From positions 24,155-88,154 of the IMG/VR virus record IMGVR_UViG_3300049472_000073: DNA of 64,000 nt. The stretch is one strand, 5' to 3'. Shown piece after piece: positions 63,971 to 64,000 of this stretch. This stretch comes from a virus (taxonomy: Duplodnaviria; Caudoviricetes). The position numbers and the translations under genes were made by a program. The notes beneath the pieces were generated by a model that saw only the letters and a list, made by a program, of their open reading frames with translations, made no database searches and was not told the DNA's origin. Position 1 is the first letter of the stretch. Each line of letters begins with the position of its first letter.

Positions 63971-64000
63971 TATGGTCACTGGGGCAGTACAATTATATAT

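Noticed and set aside
1-64000. Alternative genetic code or stop-codon recoding
   Set aside because: Standard-code ORFs tile both arms densely and the core enzymes are full length.
1-64000. Apparent abundance of CTAG and scarcity of GC-rich palindromes
   Set aside because: Visual impression only; it needs a computed k-mer observed/expected ratio before any restriction-avoidance claim.

Overview
This is a 64 kb piece of an AT-rich dsDNA tailed-phage genome that appears lytic: no integrase, repressor or tRNA is visible. All family calls come from motif recognition by eye; no database search was run. Layout: (1) 1-14.1 kb, + strand virion module resembling a podovirus (tail-fibre end, tail tubular A/B-like proteins, four probable ejection proteins, holin-like gene). 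(2) 14.1-55.6 kb, - strand early, replication and metabolism arm (RuvC-like, ClpP-like, dNMP kinase, subtilase, RecA-like, PolA, primase-helicase, ERF, exonuclease, ThyX, NrdJ with PduO, sigma factor, SLT, AAA with VWA, SAM lyase). (3) A divergent control region near 55.6-56.1 kb with head-to-head sigma54-type boxes. (4) A mixed 56-64 kb segment (HNH, cytochrome c, lysozyme-like protein, dCTP deaminase, AAA ATPase). The strongest signal is a portable C-terminal peptide, consensus [WYF]ELDxxYxALxxFDx[ED]LEELL. By hand count it occurs on about 41 otherwise divergent small ORFs on both strands, and its codons often double as the RBS and stop/start junction of the next gene. Other unusual cargo: a TAA1/alliinase-like PLP enzyme, a c-type cytochrome, a cobalamin adenosyltransferase beside the B12-dependent RNR, a T3-type SAM lyase, a candidate late promoter (TAACAAATA) and apparently leaderless first genes. 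A Bdellovibrionota-like host is suspected but is only an inference.
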